Below are positions 50,321 to 61,660 of a DNA stretch of 64,000 nucleotides, piece after piece. This stretch comes from Candidatus Hydrothermales bacterium. Lineage in GTDB: Bacteria > Hydrothermota > Hydrothermia > Hydrothermales > JAJRUZ01. The stretch covers positions 1 through 64,000 of the forward strand of contig JBCNUW010000002.1 in assembly GCA_039630575.1 (NCBI GenBank). Reading direction: 5' to 3'. Below the pieces are notes generated by a model. That model searched no databases. It saw only the letters and a list, made by a program, of their open reading frames with translations, and was not told where the DNA came from. The number at the start of each line of letters is the position of its first letter. Positions within the stretch are counted from its first letter, which is position 1. The position numbers were made by a program, and so were the translations under genes.

Positions 50321-51162
50321 TGAAAAGAATTTATAATCTCGGTGATTTTAAAATTATTCATCTTTCTTTTGGTACTTTTAAACTTGATGGTGGTGCAATG
50401 TTTGGGATTGTTCCGAAAGTCTTATGGTCAAAGAGCGCTAAATCTGATAAGAGAAATAGGATAACGCTTGGTTTAAATCCAATTTTAATTATGGGTAAAA
50501 ACTTTAATGTGCTTGTCGATAATGGGACTGGAAATAAATACTCTGAAAAAGAAATTGATATATATGGTATTAAGTTAAAAAGTGACCCTTTTAAACCTTA
50601 TGGAATAAAAAAGGAAGATATAACCCATGTAATTTTAACTCATCTTCATTTCGATCATGCAGGTGGTTCAACAGAATATATAAATGGAAATCTAAAAATA
50701 ACATATCCTAACGCAACATATTTTGTCCAAAAAAAGGAGTTTGAAGATGCAATTAATCCAAATGAAAGAACAAAAGCCTCTTACAGAAGAGAGGATTTTG
50801 AGCCTCTTTATAATGAAAATAAGATCAAACTTCTTGAAGGAGACACAGAAATTTTGAAAGGAATAAAGGTTATAAATACCGGGGGACACACGGAAGGACA
50901 TCAAGTTGTATTGATAGAAAATAAAGGTGAAAAGGCGATTTATTTCGGTGATATCGTTCCGACAAGTTATCATATTCCTCTTCCTTACATTATGGGTTTT
51001 GACACTCATCCTCTTTTAAATCTTGAAATTAGAAGAAAATATTATGATTTAGCTTCAAAAGAAAAATGGCTTTGTTTTTTTGAACATGATACAATTCCAA
51101 AAGCAGGTTTAATAAAAGAGATAGAGAAAGGAAAGTATATCTTTGAGGAAATAAGATCTTGA
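50317..51162 (+). CDS. Metallo-beta-lactamase fold hydrolase (YtnP-like)
   Basis: LDGGAMFGIVPK, THLHFDHAGG, GHTEGH, FEHD. Confidence 0.9.
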   Translation: MMKRIYNLGDFKIIHLSFGTFKLDGGAMFGIVPKVLWSKSAKSDKRNRITLGLNPILIMGKNFNVLVDNGTGNKYSEKEIDIYGIKLKSDPFKPYGIKKEDITHVILTHLHFDHAGGSTEYINGNLKITYPNATYFVQKKEFEDAINPNERTKASYRREDFEPLYNENKIKLLEGDTEILKGIKVINTGGHTEGHQVVLIENKGEKAIYFGDIVPTSYHIPLPYIMGFDTHPLLNLEIRRKYYDLASKEKWLCFFEHDTIPKAGLIKEIEKGKYIFEEIRS

Positions 51163-52166
51163 TTGTTTTCATTTTAGGTGCAGGAAGATGGGGTACAGCA
51201 CTTTCATATATTTGTCACTTTAATTTTAAAAAAATTTACCTTTGGGATATAGATAATTTCTTACTTGAGTCAATAAAAAAATATAAAAAAAACCCATATT
51301 TTTTTGAAAACTTTGTATATCCGAATAATGTTGAAGTAGTTTTTGATTTAGAAAAAAATATAAATGAAGCTGATATTATTATATCTGCAGTTCCTACACA
51401 GACAGTAAGAGATGTATTTTTGAATCTTGAAAGGTACATAAAAAGTTCTAAAATATTTATTTCAGCCTCAAAGGGTCTTGAAATAAAAAAACTTGAAAGA
51501 CCAAGTGAAATAATAAAAGAGGTTTTAAAAAGAAAAGTTAAAAAAATTTTTGTTCTTTCAGGACCAAACTTTGCTGAAGAAATAATAAAAAATGTTCCTT
51601 CCCTTTCAGTGCTTGCTGGAGATGGAGGCGATGATATAAAAAAACTTCAAAAATTACTTACGACTCCCTTTTTTAGAATCTATATTTCTCATGATTTAAA
51701 GGGTGTTGAATTGGGGGGAGCTCTAAAAAATGTGTATGCTATAGGAGCAGGAATACTTGATGGTCTTAATCTCGGATTCAATGCAAGAGCTGCCTTTTTA
51801 ACTAGATCTTTAGTTGAAATGTCAAGATTTGGAAAAATTATGGGTGCAAGATCTTATACCTTCTCTGGATTATCAGGACTTGGTGATTTACTTTTGACCT
51901 CTACTTCTGACCTTTCAAGAAACAGAACCTTTGGACTTTTAATAGGTAAGGGGTTTAGCATCAAAGAAGCTCTTTCAAGAATAAAAACAGTTGAGGGTTT
52001 TTATACAATAAAGCCTTATGTGGAACTTGCAGAAATGAAAAAAATTTATGTCCCAATTGCAAAAAAACTTTTTGAGGTTCTTTATGATAACAAAAATTTA
52101 AAGGAAGCTATAAAAGAATTGATGGATAGACCTTTAAAGTATGAGGATGTTCCAGGTATCGTTTGA
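51159..52166 (+). CDS. gpsA: NAD(P)H-dependent glycerol-3-phosphate dehydrogenase
   Basis: GAGRWGTA, SKGLE, SGPNFA, GGALKNVYAI, GLGDLLLT..S..SRN. Confidence 0.93.
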   Translation: MIVFILGAGRWGTALSYICHFNFKKIYLWDIDNFLLESIKKYKKNPYFFENFVYPNNVEVVFDLEKNINEADIIISAVPTQTVRDVFLNLERYIKSSKIFISASKGLEIKKLERPSEIIKEVLKRKVKKIFVLSGPNFAEEIIKNVPSLSVLAGDGGDDIKKLQKLLTTPFFRIYISHDLKGVELGGALKNVYAIGAGILDGLNLGFNARAAFLTRSLVEMSRFGKIMGARSYTFSGLSGLGDLLLTSTSDLSRNRTFGLLIGKGFSIKEALSRIKTVEGFYTIKPYVELAEMKKIYVPIAKKLFEVLYDNKNLKEAIKELMDRPLKYEDVPGIV

Positions 52167-52168
52167 TC

Positions 52169-52885
52169 ATGCCGATTAAGGTAATTACCTTCGATTATTG
52201 GGACACTCTTGTTCCTATAGAAGAAAATAAAATTGAGTTAATGAGAAAAGAAAGAGCTAAAAAAATTCAAGAATTTTTTAATAAAAAAGGAAGAAAATTT
52301 TCTTATGACGAAATATACAAAACATCAAAAAGAGTTTGGGAACTCTATAAGGAAAATCCTTTAATTAACAAGGAAGTAACACTTTATATAATGGTTGAAA
52401 AAATTTTGGAACATTTAAGTATTGAAAAGAAAGAGGATATAGTAAAAGAAATAGTTCAAATATATGAGGAATACCTTTATAAAGCAGGATTAAAAGTTGA
52501 CTCTGAAGTTATAGATGTAATAAAGGAATTAAAAAGTGAGAATTTTAAACTGGGAATAGTTTCAAATACACCAGGTGGCAATGTAGAGAGGAAAATTCTT
52601 GAAGACTACGGCATAGATAAATTTTTTGACATAATGGTTTTTTCATCTATAGAGGGGATTAGAAAACCCCATCCGGAAATTTTTTTAAAGGTTGTAAATT
52701 TTTTCAATATAGAACCGGGAGAGCTTCTGCACATTGGAGACACTTTTGAATTAGATATTGAAGGCCCCTTAAAAATTGGTGCAAAAGCTATTCTCTGGGA
52801 TCCAAAGAAAAAAAATTTAAACCCGGATATTAAAAGCATAAATAGTTGGAATGAACTTAAAAAGATAATTAATCAATATGCCTGA
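52169..52885 (+). CDS. HAD family hydrolase
   Basis: [33 protein letters not shown] at 52163 is an alternative start. Confidence 0.88.
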   Translation: MPIKVITFDYWDTLVPIEENKIELMRKERAKKIQEFFNKKGRKFSYDEIYKTSKRVWELYKENPLINKEVTLYIMVEKILEHLSIEKKEDIVKEIVQIYEEYLYKAGLKVDSEVIDVIKELKSENFKLGIVSNTPGGNVERKILEDYGIDKFFDIMVFSSIEGIRKPHPEIFLKVVNFFNIEPGELLHIGDTFELDIEGPLKIGAKAILWDPKKKNLNPDIKSINSWNELKKIINQYA

Positions 52886-54881
52886 ATTTAAACTAATAAC
52901 TGATTTAGTTCCAAGAGGTGACCAACCTAAGGCTATTAGAGAGTTATTAGAGGGCCTTAATAGTGGTTTAAGACATCAAGTTCTTCTTGGTGTAACAGGA
53001 AGTGGAAAAACCTTTACAATAGCTAATGTGATAAAAGAGTGGAGAAGACCTACCTTAATAATTTCACATAATAAAACTTTAGCAGCTCAGCTGTATGGAG
53101 AATTAAAACAACTTTTTCCTCACAATGCTGTTGAATACTTTATTTCCTATTATGATTATTATCAGCCTGAAGCGTATATTCCTGAGACAGACACATACAT
53201 TGAAAAAGATGCTTCAATAAACGAAGATATAGAAAGATTAAGATTAAGAGCAACATCCTCACTCCTTGAAAGGGATGATGTTATTGTGGTAGCTTCAGTT
53301 TCATGCATATATGGACTTGGAAATCCTGAGGAGGTTAAAAAACTTTATCTTATTTTAGAAAAAGGACAAAACATAGAAAGAGATGTTATCTTGAGGAGGT
53401 TAATAGATCTTTATTACACAAGAAATGATTTTGAACTTGCAAGCGGAAGATTCAGAGTAAAGGGTGATGTTATTGAGCTTATTCCAGCGTATGAGAACTA
53501 TTTGGTAAGAATCGAACTCTTTGACGATTTTATTGAAAAGATAGAGTTAAAGGACAAAGTATCAGGAGCAACACTTCAGAGGAAAAATAGAATTGCAATT
53601 TATCCTGCCTCTCATTATGTAACAACAAGAGTTACTTTAGAAAATGCCTTATTTTCAATTGAAAAAGAACTTGAGGAAAGGCTAAAAGAATTAAGAGAAC
53701 AAGGTAAATTGTTAGAGGCACAGAGGCTCGAGCAGCGAACAAGATTCGACATTGAAATGTTAAGAGAAATAGGCTATTGTCCAGGAATAGAAAATTACTC
53801 AAGACACCTTGATGGTAGGAAGCCTGGAGAAAGACCTAAATGTCTCATTGACTATTTTCCCCCAGAATTTTTGTGTATAATAGATGAAAGTCATGTAACA
53901 ATACCCCAGTTAAAGGCAATGTATAGAGGAGACAGATCAAGAAAAGAGGTGCTTGTAGAGCATGGTTTTAGACTTCCATCAGCATTGGATAACAGACCAC
54001 TTCAGTTTGAAGAATTTGAAGCTCTTCTTGATAGAGTTATATACATGTCAGCAACTCCTTCTGATTATGAAATTGAAAAATCAAAAGGAAGGGTGGTTGA
54101 AATGATTGTGAGACCAACGGGTTTAGTTGACCCTGAAATTGTAGTAAAACCAACGAGGAAACAAGTTGACGATCTTATGGAGGAGATTAGAAAAACAAAG
54201 GAAAGGGAGGAAAGGGTTTTAGTGACAACGCTTACGAAGCGTATGGCTGAAGACCTTGCTGAGTATCTTTCTTTAGCTGGATTTAGAGTCAAATATCTTC
54301 ATTCAGAGATTGATCCAATAGATAGGGTAGAAATTTTGAGAGATTTAAGACTTGGAAAATTTGATTGCCTTGTTGGTGTAAATCTTTTGAGAGAAGGACT
54401 TGACTTGCCTGAGGTTTCTCTTGTTGCAATTTTAGATGCCGATAAAACTGGCTTTTTAAGAAGTGAAACCGCATTAATTCAGACAGCAGGAAGAGCAGCA
54501 AGAAACAAAGCTGGTAAGGTAATACTATATGCTGATGAGATAACTGAAGCCATGAAAAGAGCTATCTCAGAAACAGAAAGGAGAAGAAAAATACAGATTG
54601 AATATAATGAAAAACACGGGATAATACCAGAAACTATAAAGAAAACAAAAGAACAAATTTTGATGACAACTATTGTTGCAGATGAAAAAGTTGAGGTAAA
54701 AGAAGAGTATGAAAATGTTGAAAGGGAAATTGAAGTTTTAAAAGCAAGTTTTGATAGAATAACACTTATTGAGGAATTAGAAAGAAGAATGAGGGAAGCT
54801 GCTGATCTTTTTGAATTTGAAAAAGCTGCAAAGTACAGAGATGCTTTGTTTGAACTAAGAAAAAAAGATTTATCAGGTTAA
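52878..54881 (+). CDS. uvrB: Excinuclease ABC subunit B
   Basis: [43 protein letters not shown]-terminal UVR domain. Confidence 0.98.
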   Translation: MPEFKLITDLVPRGDQPKAIRELLEGLNSGLRHQVLLGVTGSGKTFTIANVIKEWRRPTLIISHNKTLAAQLYGELKQLFPHNAVEYFISYYDYYQPEAYIPETDTYIEKDASINEDIERLRLRATSSLLERDDVIVVASVSCIYGLGNPEEVKKLYLILEKGQNIERDVILRRLIDLYYTRNDFELASGRFRVKGDVIELIPAYENYLVRIELFDDFIEKIELKDKVSGATLQRKNRIAIYPASHYVTTRVTLENALFSIEKELEERLKELREQGKLLEAQRLEQRTRFDIEMLREIGYCPGIENYSRHLDGRKPGERPKCLIDYFPPEFLCIIDESHVTIPQLKAMYRGDRSRKEVLVEHGFRLPSALDNRPLQFEEFEALLDRVIYMSATPSDYEIEKSKGRVVEMIVRPTGLVDPEIVVKPTRKQVDDLMEEIRKTKEREERVLVTTLTKRMAEDLAEYLSLAGFRVKYLHSEIDPIDRVEILRDLRLGKFDCLVGVNLLREGLDLPEVSLVAILDADKTGFLRSETALIQTAGRAARNKAGKVILYADEITEAMKRAISETERRRKIQIEYNEKHGIIPETIKKTKEQILMTTIVADEKVEVKEEYENVEREIEVLKASFDRITLIEELERRMREAADLFEFEKAAKYRDALFELRKKDLSG

Positions 54882-55874
54882 TTTAAACTTATAGAGATCT
54901 TTTTCTCTAACATAAAAAATAACATTTTTATGTTCAGGCTTTTTATTAGATATAATCTTTATTTCATCTTTTTTAAAATTTAAATTTATTTTATCAAAAA
55001 CAATATCAACAAGTTCACATCTTAAAAGATAGTATTCACCTAAAAAGTCGTAGCTATTTACTCTTACGTAGAATTCATAGTTTTTACCTTCTAATTTTGT
55101 AAAAGAGAATTTCTCCGGTCTAACACAAAGAATATAATTTTCTGATTCAATTTTATTAATTCCGTGAGATCCAAAAAAGTTAGCAACAAAAAAATTTTGT
55201 GGATTTTCATAAATTTCTTCTTGTGTTCCGATTTGCATTATTTCTCCTTTGTTTAATATGCATATTCTGTCAGCAAGTGTCATTGCTTCAATCTGATCAT
55301 GTGTTACATAAATAGTAGTAATATTCAAATTTTTTTGGAAATTTTTAAGTTCAAACCTCATTTCAGTTCTAAGTTTTGCATCAAGGTTGGAAAGAGGTTC
55401 ATCCATAAGAAAAATTTTAGGATTTCTTACAAGTGATCTTGCCAATGCCACTCTCTGTTGCTGTCCACCTGAAAGTTCTGACGGTTTTTTTGATAGAATA
55501 TCCTCTATTTTTAAAAGCTCAGCAACCCATTTTAGCCTTCTTTTTTGCTCTTCTTGTTTCATTTTTCTTATCACCAACGGAAAAAGAATATTCTCTGATA
55601 CTGTCATATGAGGATAAAGGGCATAATTTTGAAAAACCATTGCTACATCCCTCTTAGCAGGATCTAAATTTGTTATGTCTATATCTTCAAGAATTACTTT
55701 ACCTTTATCTGGCTTTAAAATTCCTGCAATAATCTTTAACAGTGATGTCTTTCCACATCCAGATGGTCCTAAAATAACAAAAAATTCACCTTTTTTTACT
55801 TTTAAATTAATATTTTTTAGTATCTCCTCTTTTCTAAATTTTTTAGAAATATCTATGAGTTCAAGATAGTTCAC
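54873..55874 (-). CDS. Sugar ABC transporter ATP-binding protein (MalK/MsmX type)
   Basis: [50 protein letters not shown]. Confidence 0.93.
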   Translation of the reverse strand: MNYLELIDISKKFRKEEILKNINLKVKKGEFFVILGPSGCGKTSLLKIIAGILKPDKGKVILEDIDITNLDPAKRDVAMVFQNYALYPHMTVSENILFPLVIRKMKQEEQKRRLKWVAELLKIEDILSKKPSELSGGQQQRVALARSLVRNPKIFLMDEPLSNLDAKLRTEMRFELKNFQKNLNITTIYVTHDQIEAMTLADRICILNKGEIMQIGTQEEIYENPQNFFVANFFGSHGINKIESENYILCVRPEKFSFTKLEGKNYEFYVRVNSYDFLGEYYLLRCELVDIVFDKINLNFKKDEIKIISNKKPEHKNVIFYVREKDLYKFKLT

Positions 55875-55876
55875 TT

Positions 55877-56860
55877 CTAATCAATTTTAATCACCTTTTT
55901 TGTAGAAGGCTTTATGTACACTCCTTTTTTATTCATTTTTAAATTTTTTCTTCCAGTTGCATCGTAAAAAGTTTTATCAATTTCTCTTTTTTTAATTACT
56001 AACTTAATCTTTTCATTTACATCCACGTAGAGTTTAGTTCTTTTAATAGGATTTGTTAAAGTAACAGGATTATTAGGGGAGTAACTAGAGAGTTCAGAAG
56101 CTTGTAAACTTGACTTTATGAAAGCAAGGTCATATAAATCAGGGTCAGCCCAGTTTGAAATTCCACCTCCACCAACATACCTAGCTGCAACTGTATCAAC
56201 CTCTCTAAAAATTCCAAAATCTTCTAATCCCATACCAAAGCATATCCAATAATCGTTATGATAAAGTTTAAGACTATCAATCTTTAAAGCTGCTTCATAA
56301 ACATTATTTTGACAAGCAAATTGATGTCCTGTGTTGATATCAGAGTAATTATAGTCTAAAAGTCTGGCATTATACATAGAGAAAACACCTGAGAATTCCC
56401 ATTCTCCTAATATCCTTACATCTGAGAACTGAGGTGCAAATTTTGAATTCTGTAAAGTATTTGATGTGTCTATAGTAAAATAAGCAATAAAGGAAGGCCA
56501 GTCCTCATTACCACCAAAGGTATCACCTACTATTATTAGAAAATAAAGAAAGGTATCAGTACTTGTTGCTCCTTCCGTAAATCTTAACTCTAAAAGGTCA
56601 GCTTCCTTTCCTTTAAATCGCGGAAAACCAGAAAAGGAATCTGTGGGGTAAGTATAATCTCCATCTCCTATATCATCGTTAATTTCATCAATCCAAATGG
56701 CTTCATTTTTATCATAAATGTAACCCGGATGCTCAATGTAAAAGAAGGTGTCTCTTTGTGTAATACCATGAAACATCCAATCAGAGAAGTCACCATCAAT
56801 ACTAATAATATGACCTCTTAAGATCAAAAAAGACAATGTAAATATAATTATCTTTCTCAT
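55877..56860 (-). CDS. Glucodextranase DOMON-like exported protein with minimal T9SS-type tail
   Basis: HIISIDGDFSDW, DEINDDIGDGDYTYPT, DLLELRF; tail FYDATGRK...KGVYI...KKVIKID. Confidence 0.68.
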   Translation of the reverse strand: MRKIIIFTLSFLILRGHIISIDGDFSDWMFHGITQRDTFFYIEHPGYIYDKNEAIWIDEINDDIGDGDYTYPTDSFSGFPRFKGKEADLLELRFTEGATSTDTFLYFLIIVGDTFGGNEDWPSFIAYFTIDTSNTLQNSKFAPQFSDVRILGEWEFSGVFSMYNARLLDYNYSDINTGHQFACQNNVYEAALKIDSLKLYHNDYWICFGMGLEDFGIFREVDTVAARYVGGGGISNWADPDLYDLAFIKSSLQASELSSYSPNNPVTLTNPIKRTKLYVDVNEKIKLVIKKREIDKTFYDATGRKNLKMNKKGVYIKPSTKKVIKID

Positions 56861-56916
56861 ATATAAATTTTAAATTAAAATTATGAAAAAATTAAAATTG
56901 AAAGAAAATTTTGAAA

Positions 56917-57849
56917 CTATTGTTTTACTATCTCGACTCTCCTATTAATTCTCCTTCCTTCTTCAGTTTCATTAGATGTAACAGGGCAAAGTGGACCAAC
57001 ACCAAAAGCTTTCAATCTTTCTTTTGAAATACCGTACTTTTCAACTAGCTCTTTTAAGACATTTTCTGCTCTTCGCTTCGATAAATCTATATTGTAATCT
57101 AACTTGCCAATGTTATCGGTATGCCCAACTATAAAAACTTTAATGTTAGGATTTTCTCTTAAAAATTTTGCTATTTCTTTTAAAGTAGGCTCTGATTCAG
57201 GTTTTATATCAGCTTTATCAAAATCAAAATAAATTCCATATATTGCAACATGTCCTTTTTCTTCTATTTCTCTTTTTAGTTCTTCCGCTCTAATAAGACC
57301 AATCTCCATCTCTTTTTTTTCTACAATACCTAAAAACACTAAGGGGTTATAATCCCAACCCTCAAGTACAGTTAAAGAAACTCCTATATTTTTTCTTTTT
57401 GCTGATAAATGGAAAAACTTATCAGGTTTATTCTCTGTTTGATAAATATTACGGAATATTTTATTGTATTTTGACAGAAACTCTCTTATACCTTTTATTT
57501 TCTCTCCTTCACCTTTATATATTATATCAAAACCTACTTTTTTTAGGGCATGCTCATAATTTTTAAAAACTTCATAAGTAGTTCTTTCCTTTGGACAGTA
57601 ATATAAAATAAAGGTAACCTTACCCTCTATAACTTCCTTCTTTGCAACTTCAACATCTTCAGGTGAAATAGAAGTAATAGGACCAGAAAGAAGATATAAT
57701 TTTTCAAAAGTTTTTACTTCATAATGAACAATTCTTGATCCTGGAAATCTTGAAATAAGTGGATGATCTTTGCTTCCAGGAACATCTCTCTCTTGAGCAA
57801 AAGTAGAAAGATTCATAAAGAATAAAATTAAAATGATTTTAACTTTCAT
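56917..57849 (-). CDS. OmpA-family peptidoglycan-binding protein with DUF4892-like N-terminus
   Basis: DVPGSKDHPLISRFPGS; IYFDFDKA, VGHTDN, LSKRRA, NRRVEI. Confidence 0.88.
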   Translation of the reverse strand: MKVKIILILFFMNLSTFAQERDVPGSKDHPLISRFPGSRIVHYEVKTFEKLYLLSGPITSISPEDVEVAKKEVIEGKVTFILYYCPKERTTYEVFKNYEHALKKVGFDIIYKGEGEKIKGIREFLSKYNKIFRNIYQTENKPDKFFHLSAKRKNIGVSLTVLEGWDYNPLVFLGIVEKKEMEIGLIRAEELKREIEEKGHVAIYGIYFDFDKADIKPESEPTLKEIAKFLRENPNIKVFIVGHTDNIGKLDYNIDLSKRRAENVLKELVEKYGISKERLKAFGVGPLCPVTSNETEEGRRINRRVEIVKQ

Positions 57850-57853
57850 ATTA

Positions 57854-59254
57854 TCACTTTATTTTTATAATAATCCTATCTTTTTCTTTTTTCAAGGTAC
57901 CGTAAATTTCCTTTATTTCGATCAAGTTTAAAATTGGGAATATTTTCTTTTCTAAAACAAGTTCGTCTTTAATTATGTTTTTTAAATAATTCTCTAAAAA
58001 CCTTATAAAAATTACCCCATCAAAATATAAAAAAAGATTTTCAATATTTGGAAAACCCTTTTTTGTTAATTGACCATTAATAACTGAAATTTGCTCTTTT
58101 AAAATTTCTGATGAAGAGGACAAATAAAAATCATCTCTGTGTATAAAATATCCGATAAACTCTTCAGCATTTCTGTTTACAAAAAATCTGTAATCGATAT
58201 TTCCGAGTTTTCCTTCTTTTTTAGTTAACCCTCCCTTTGAGATATCCAAAATAAGAAAACTAAAAGATTTTTCAGTTTCGTTCTCTTTACCTAACTTAAT
58301 TAAAAATAGCGGAGAGTAATAATCACTAAAATAATTAAAGCCTTTAAAAGAAAAAGTTAAATGATTACCTAAATTTTTGAAAAAGTAAAGTTTCTTTTCA
58401 AAAAACTTCGCAATACTCTCATTTTTCATTTCTTTTATAAATCTTTCAATCTCATCTTTCAATCTCAAATTTTTAAAAGATAGATAAACAATATAATCCG
58501 GTGGTAATTCGGTGTTTTTTAAATCAGGTTCTATTTTCATTAAAATATTTCCTAATAAACAGGAGGGCTTTTCGATTAAAAGCGTTAGCCCCTCAATTTC
58601 TGTGTAATAAAAAATAAACTTTTCTGATTTAAAAAATAAACCATCTTTAACATAGGCTCCATAAACTATAGAATTCTTAGGAAAATTTTTCTTGTAGAAT
58701 CTTTTGTATCTTAATTTTTTACCTTTTAAATGATCAATAGTTTGTTTCAATAAATCCTCGTTGTTAGAAATCACTATGTATTTTTCAATAAAAAATAAAA
58801 CTATATCTTTCCATAAAAATGTGTAAGGAACTTTATTATACTCTTTACTAAATTTCATTAAATTAAAAATCAAGTTTATGAAAAAACTTTGAGGTTCTAA
58901 AATCACGAGGTATCCCTCATCAAAAAATCCTATTCCAATTCTTTTAAACAGTTTTGTTAAATCTGCTTTATTTATTTCATCCCTTATTTTTTTAGAAACA
59001 CCGAGATAAAATAAAAGGTCATCAAATATTTCTCTTTTCTTCATAGAATCAATTAAACCGTTTCTATTTAAGGTCTTAAAAATCTCTTCTAAATTGTCAA
59101 AGACAACATAAAGATTTATACCTTTTGGGAAAATATCTACAATTTCTTCTATCTTCCAAGCAGAAGATGGCAATCTTCTGTAGAACAACAAAATAAAAAG
59201 GAAAATTAAAATAAAAAGGAAAGTTGGAACCAAAAAATAAAAAATTTTTTTCAT
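57854..59254 (-). CDS. Membrane-anchored periplasmic protein of unknown function in the A2M operon
   Basis: Single N-terminal TM, 466-aa ORF, overlaps the SpoIID gene. Confidence 0.65.
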   Translation of the reverse strand: MKKIFYFLVPTFLFILIFLFILLFYRRLPSSAWKIEEIVDIFPKGINLYVVFDNLEEIFKTLNRNGLIDSMKKREIFDDLLFYLGVSKKIRDEINKADLTKLFKRIGIGFFDEGYLVILEPQSFFINLIFNLMKFSKEYNKVPYTFLWKDIVLFFIEKYIVISNNEDLLKQTIDHLKGKKLRYKRFYKKNFPKNSIVYGAYVKDGLFFKSEKFIFYYTEIEGLTLLIEKPSCLLGNILMKIEPDLKNTELPPDYIVYLSFKNLRLKDEIERFIKEMKNESIAKFFEKKLYFFKNLGNHLTFSFKGFNYFSDYYSPLFLIKLGKENETEKSFSFLILDISKGGLTKKEGKLGNIDYRFFVNRNAEEFIGYFIHRDDFYLSSSSEILKEQISVINGQLTKKGFPNIENLFLYFDGVIFIRFLENYLKNIIKDELVLEKKIFPILNLIEIKEIYGTLKKEKDRIIIKIK

Positions 59255-60771
59255 AATTCTCTCCTTTTGTTTATTAAATTTTTTAAACTTTTATATTTTT
59301 TTAAACTATCAAGAACAATTCTTTTATATTTTTCAATTAACTCTACTTCTTTTTTAAAACTTTTTAAATTTTTAAAACTTTCATTTTCTAATCTGTATGG
59401 TGAAAGAAAATAAATTATTCCTTCCTCAATTTCTCCTTTTAAGTTATATTTCGATAGAGCTATATGAAGAAACTCATGAACTAAAACTTCCTCAATAATT
59501 GAGTACTTTAAAAGTAAACTAAAAGGAGCAACAATAATTGTATCATCCTTTATATATCCTGCATAAAAAGGTTTAATCTTCGTTTTTTCAGTAAAATCAA
59601 AATAATTTAAAGCCTCTTTAATTACAAAAAAATCTCTAAACTCTATACCGTTTTCTTCACATATTTTTTTAAACTTATAATAAGCATTTCTTATAAAAGG
59701 CAAATAATTTTTAATATTGGAAGAGAGAACAACAAAATTTTTATCTTTATACACCTCATACTCAAACTTTAATTTCTCTATTTTAATATCTTTGAAATAA
59801 AAATTTATTATATCTGTATACTTAAAGCCCCTAAGAGCCATAGACTTTGCACCCTCCTGACACATCCCAAGACCATGTCCAAGTCCTTTACCCTCAAAAA
59901 TGTAATAATTTTTTTCTTCCTTTAAATCAAAAAAATTTGACTTTAATGTATTCCATCCGTATTTTCTTGAGATTATGTTTCTAAAATCCCAACCCATTAC
60001 CACTTTTCCATTAACATAAACATTCTTAACTCTTCCACTTTCTCCTCTCTCAATTATCTTTATATCTCCAATTTTACTTTTGTCTAGTCTGTACTTCCAG
60101 AAAGCGTGTTTACTTTTTTTACAAAAAGTATCAACATTTTGCCTTATATAAAAAATATCATTATTAAATATTTCTATAGGAGAAGAGGTAATACCACCAC
60201 AACAAGCAGAATAAAAGGGTTCAATCAATCTCCCTTTATAAGTTAAAACCTCACCGTCTGTTTCTGATACTGCCTTTTTAGATAAATATGATTCATCCAT
60301 AACACCCATATAAACTTGACAATTAGTTAAATCACAAAAATCGTAATCATAACCTTTGTGTCTACTATTATATAGAGCAAGAGTTCTTGATAAAACAGCT
60401 TGTGCTTTTAGAGCTTCAAATATAGAATTACCTATTTCTGCAACGATAACTGATGAGAGATAGTCTCTTAAATTTACATGGTTTATTAAAAATAATTCAT
60501 AATTTTTGTTATATATTCTTATTTTTCCTTTGTATTTTCTTTGGAAATTTTTATTTTTTATTAAAATTGGATTATGGGAACCAATAAAAAATTCCTTCTG
60601 TTTAGTTCCGTTCACAATTATACTATCTTTTTTGTAGATTTTAACAAAATATCTTTTTTCATCTGATATTATATAAATTTCCTTTAAACTGTATTTCGAT
60701 AAAATTCTAACTGAAATTTCTTTCGAGAGATCAAAAGGTATCAAAAATAAAAATATTAATATGTTATTCAA
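59251..60771 (-). CDS. SpoIID/LytB-domain lytic transglycosylase with C-terminal HExxH domain
   Basis: YL..V..AE, EALKAQAVLSRT, CDLTNCQVY, GKGLGHGLGMCQEGA; then VHEFLH...EEG. TTG 60771 has GGAG upstream (track start 60825). Confidence 0.85.
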   Translation of the reverse strand: MNNILIFLFLIPFDLSKEISVRILSKYSLKEIYIISDEKRYFVKIYKKDSIIVNGTKQKEFFIGSHNPILIKNKNFQRKYKGKIRIYNKNYELFLINHVNLRDYLSSVIVAEIGNSIFEALKAQAVLSRTLALYNSRHKGYDYDFCDLTNCQVYMGVMDESYLSKKAVSETDGEVLTYKGRLIEPFYSACCGGITSSPIEIFNNDIFYIRQNVDTFCKKSKHAFWKYRLDKSKIGDIKIIERGESGRVKNVYVNGKVVMGWDFRNIISRKYGWNTLKSNFFDLKEEKNYYIFEGKGLGHGLGMCQEGAKSMALRGFKYTDIINFYFKDIKIEKLKFEYEVYKDKNFVVLSSNIKNYLPFIRNAYYKFKKICEENGIEFRDFFVIKEALNYFDFTEKTKIKPFYAGYIKDDTIIVAPFSLLLKYSIIEEVLVHEFLHIALSKYNLKGEIEEGIIYFLSPYRLENESFKNLKSFKKEVELIEKYKRIVLDSLKKYKSLKNLINKRREL

Positions 60772-61660
60772 GGCACTCCAATATTCTCTTAGCAAGCGGA
60801 GCCGCATCTTTTGAACCTTGACCAATTTTTAAAAAAACTATTATTCCTATTCTTGGGTCATAGTATGGATAGTATCCAGCAAATATCGCATGAGTTCTCC
60901 ATCCATTTATATGTTTTGGTGTTCCTGTTTTACCCGCTGTCCTATCTTTATAGTTTGCCAAAATTCCTGTTCCTTCTTTACATACACTCCTTAAACTTTC
61001 TTTTAAAATCTTTAAAGAATTATAAATTCCCAAGGGATAAACCAAGTTATTCTTTTCTTTTATCCATAAGGGCACAAAAAAGCCATTCCTTGAGATTGAG
61101 ACAAGGAAAGAGAGCATTGAGGAGAGTGTCATTTTGATATATCCATTTTCTCCAAGTGCAAAGTCTATTAAATTTTTTTTCTTTAGGGGTATTTTTATTT
61201 CATTTAAAATTTCGCCCCCTATACAAGATGTTGAAAGATCATCGAGTTTTAAAATTTTGAAATATTTTATAAAAAGATAGGGATCTATTAAAAGTGAAGC
61301 CTTTGCAAAGAATATATTGCATGAATTTTTTAAGGCATCTTTTATATTTTGTTTTCCGTGCCCATTTTTAATCCAGCATTTAACTTTTATTTTATCATTA
61401 TCAATTTCTAAAATTTCTTCACCTTTGCAATCTACATAAAAATTTTCATCAATTATGTTTTCTTCAATTAGAACTATTGTTGTAAAAATCTTAAAAAATG
61501 AACCAGGTGGTAAAAGTGTTGAAAAGCACAACTTTCTGTTATGATAATCGATTATATTTCCAGATTTTATATCAACAATTATAAAAGCACCTTTATCGCC
61601 AATCTCTTTTTTTATTCTTTCAATATTTAAAAAAATTAAAATTAAAAAAACTTTATTCAC
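60764..61660 (-). CDS. Stand-alone penicillin-binding transpeptidase-domain protein
   Basis: PGSFFK (SxxK), SCN (SxN), KTGT; no dimerisation or glycosyltransferase domain. Confidence 0.85.
   Translation of the reverse strand: MNKVFLILIFLNIERIKKEIGDKGAFIIVDIKSGNIIDYHNRKLCFSTLLPPGSFFKIFTTIVLIEENIIDENFYVDCKGEEILEIDNDKIKVKCWIKNGHGKQNIKDALKNSCNIFFAKASLLIDPYLFIKYFKILKLDDLSTSCIGGEILNEIKIPLKKKNLIDFALGENGYIKMTLSSMLSFLVSISRNGFFVPLWIKEKNNLVYPLGIYNSLKILKESLRSVCKEGTGILANYKDRTAGKTGTPKHINGWRTHAIFAGYYPYYDPRIGIIVFLKIGQGSKDAAPLAKRILECLE

Noticed and set aside
59251..60771. Sporulation implied by SpoIID
   Set aside because: SpoIID/LytB domains are common in non-sporulating diderms and no other sporulation genes are present.
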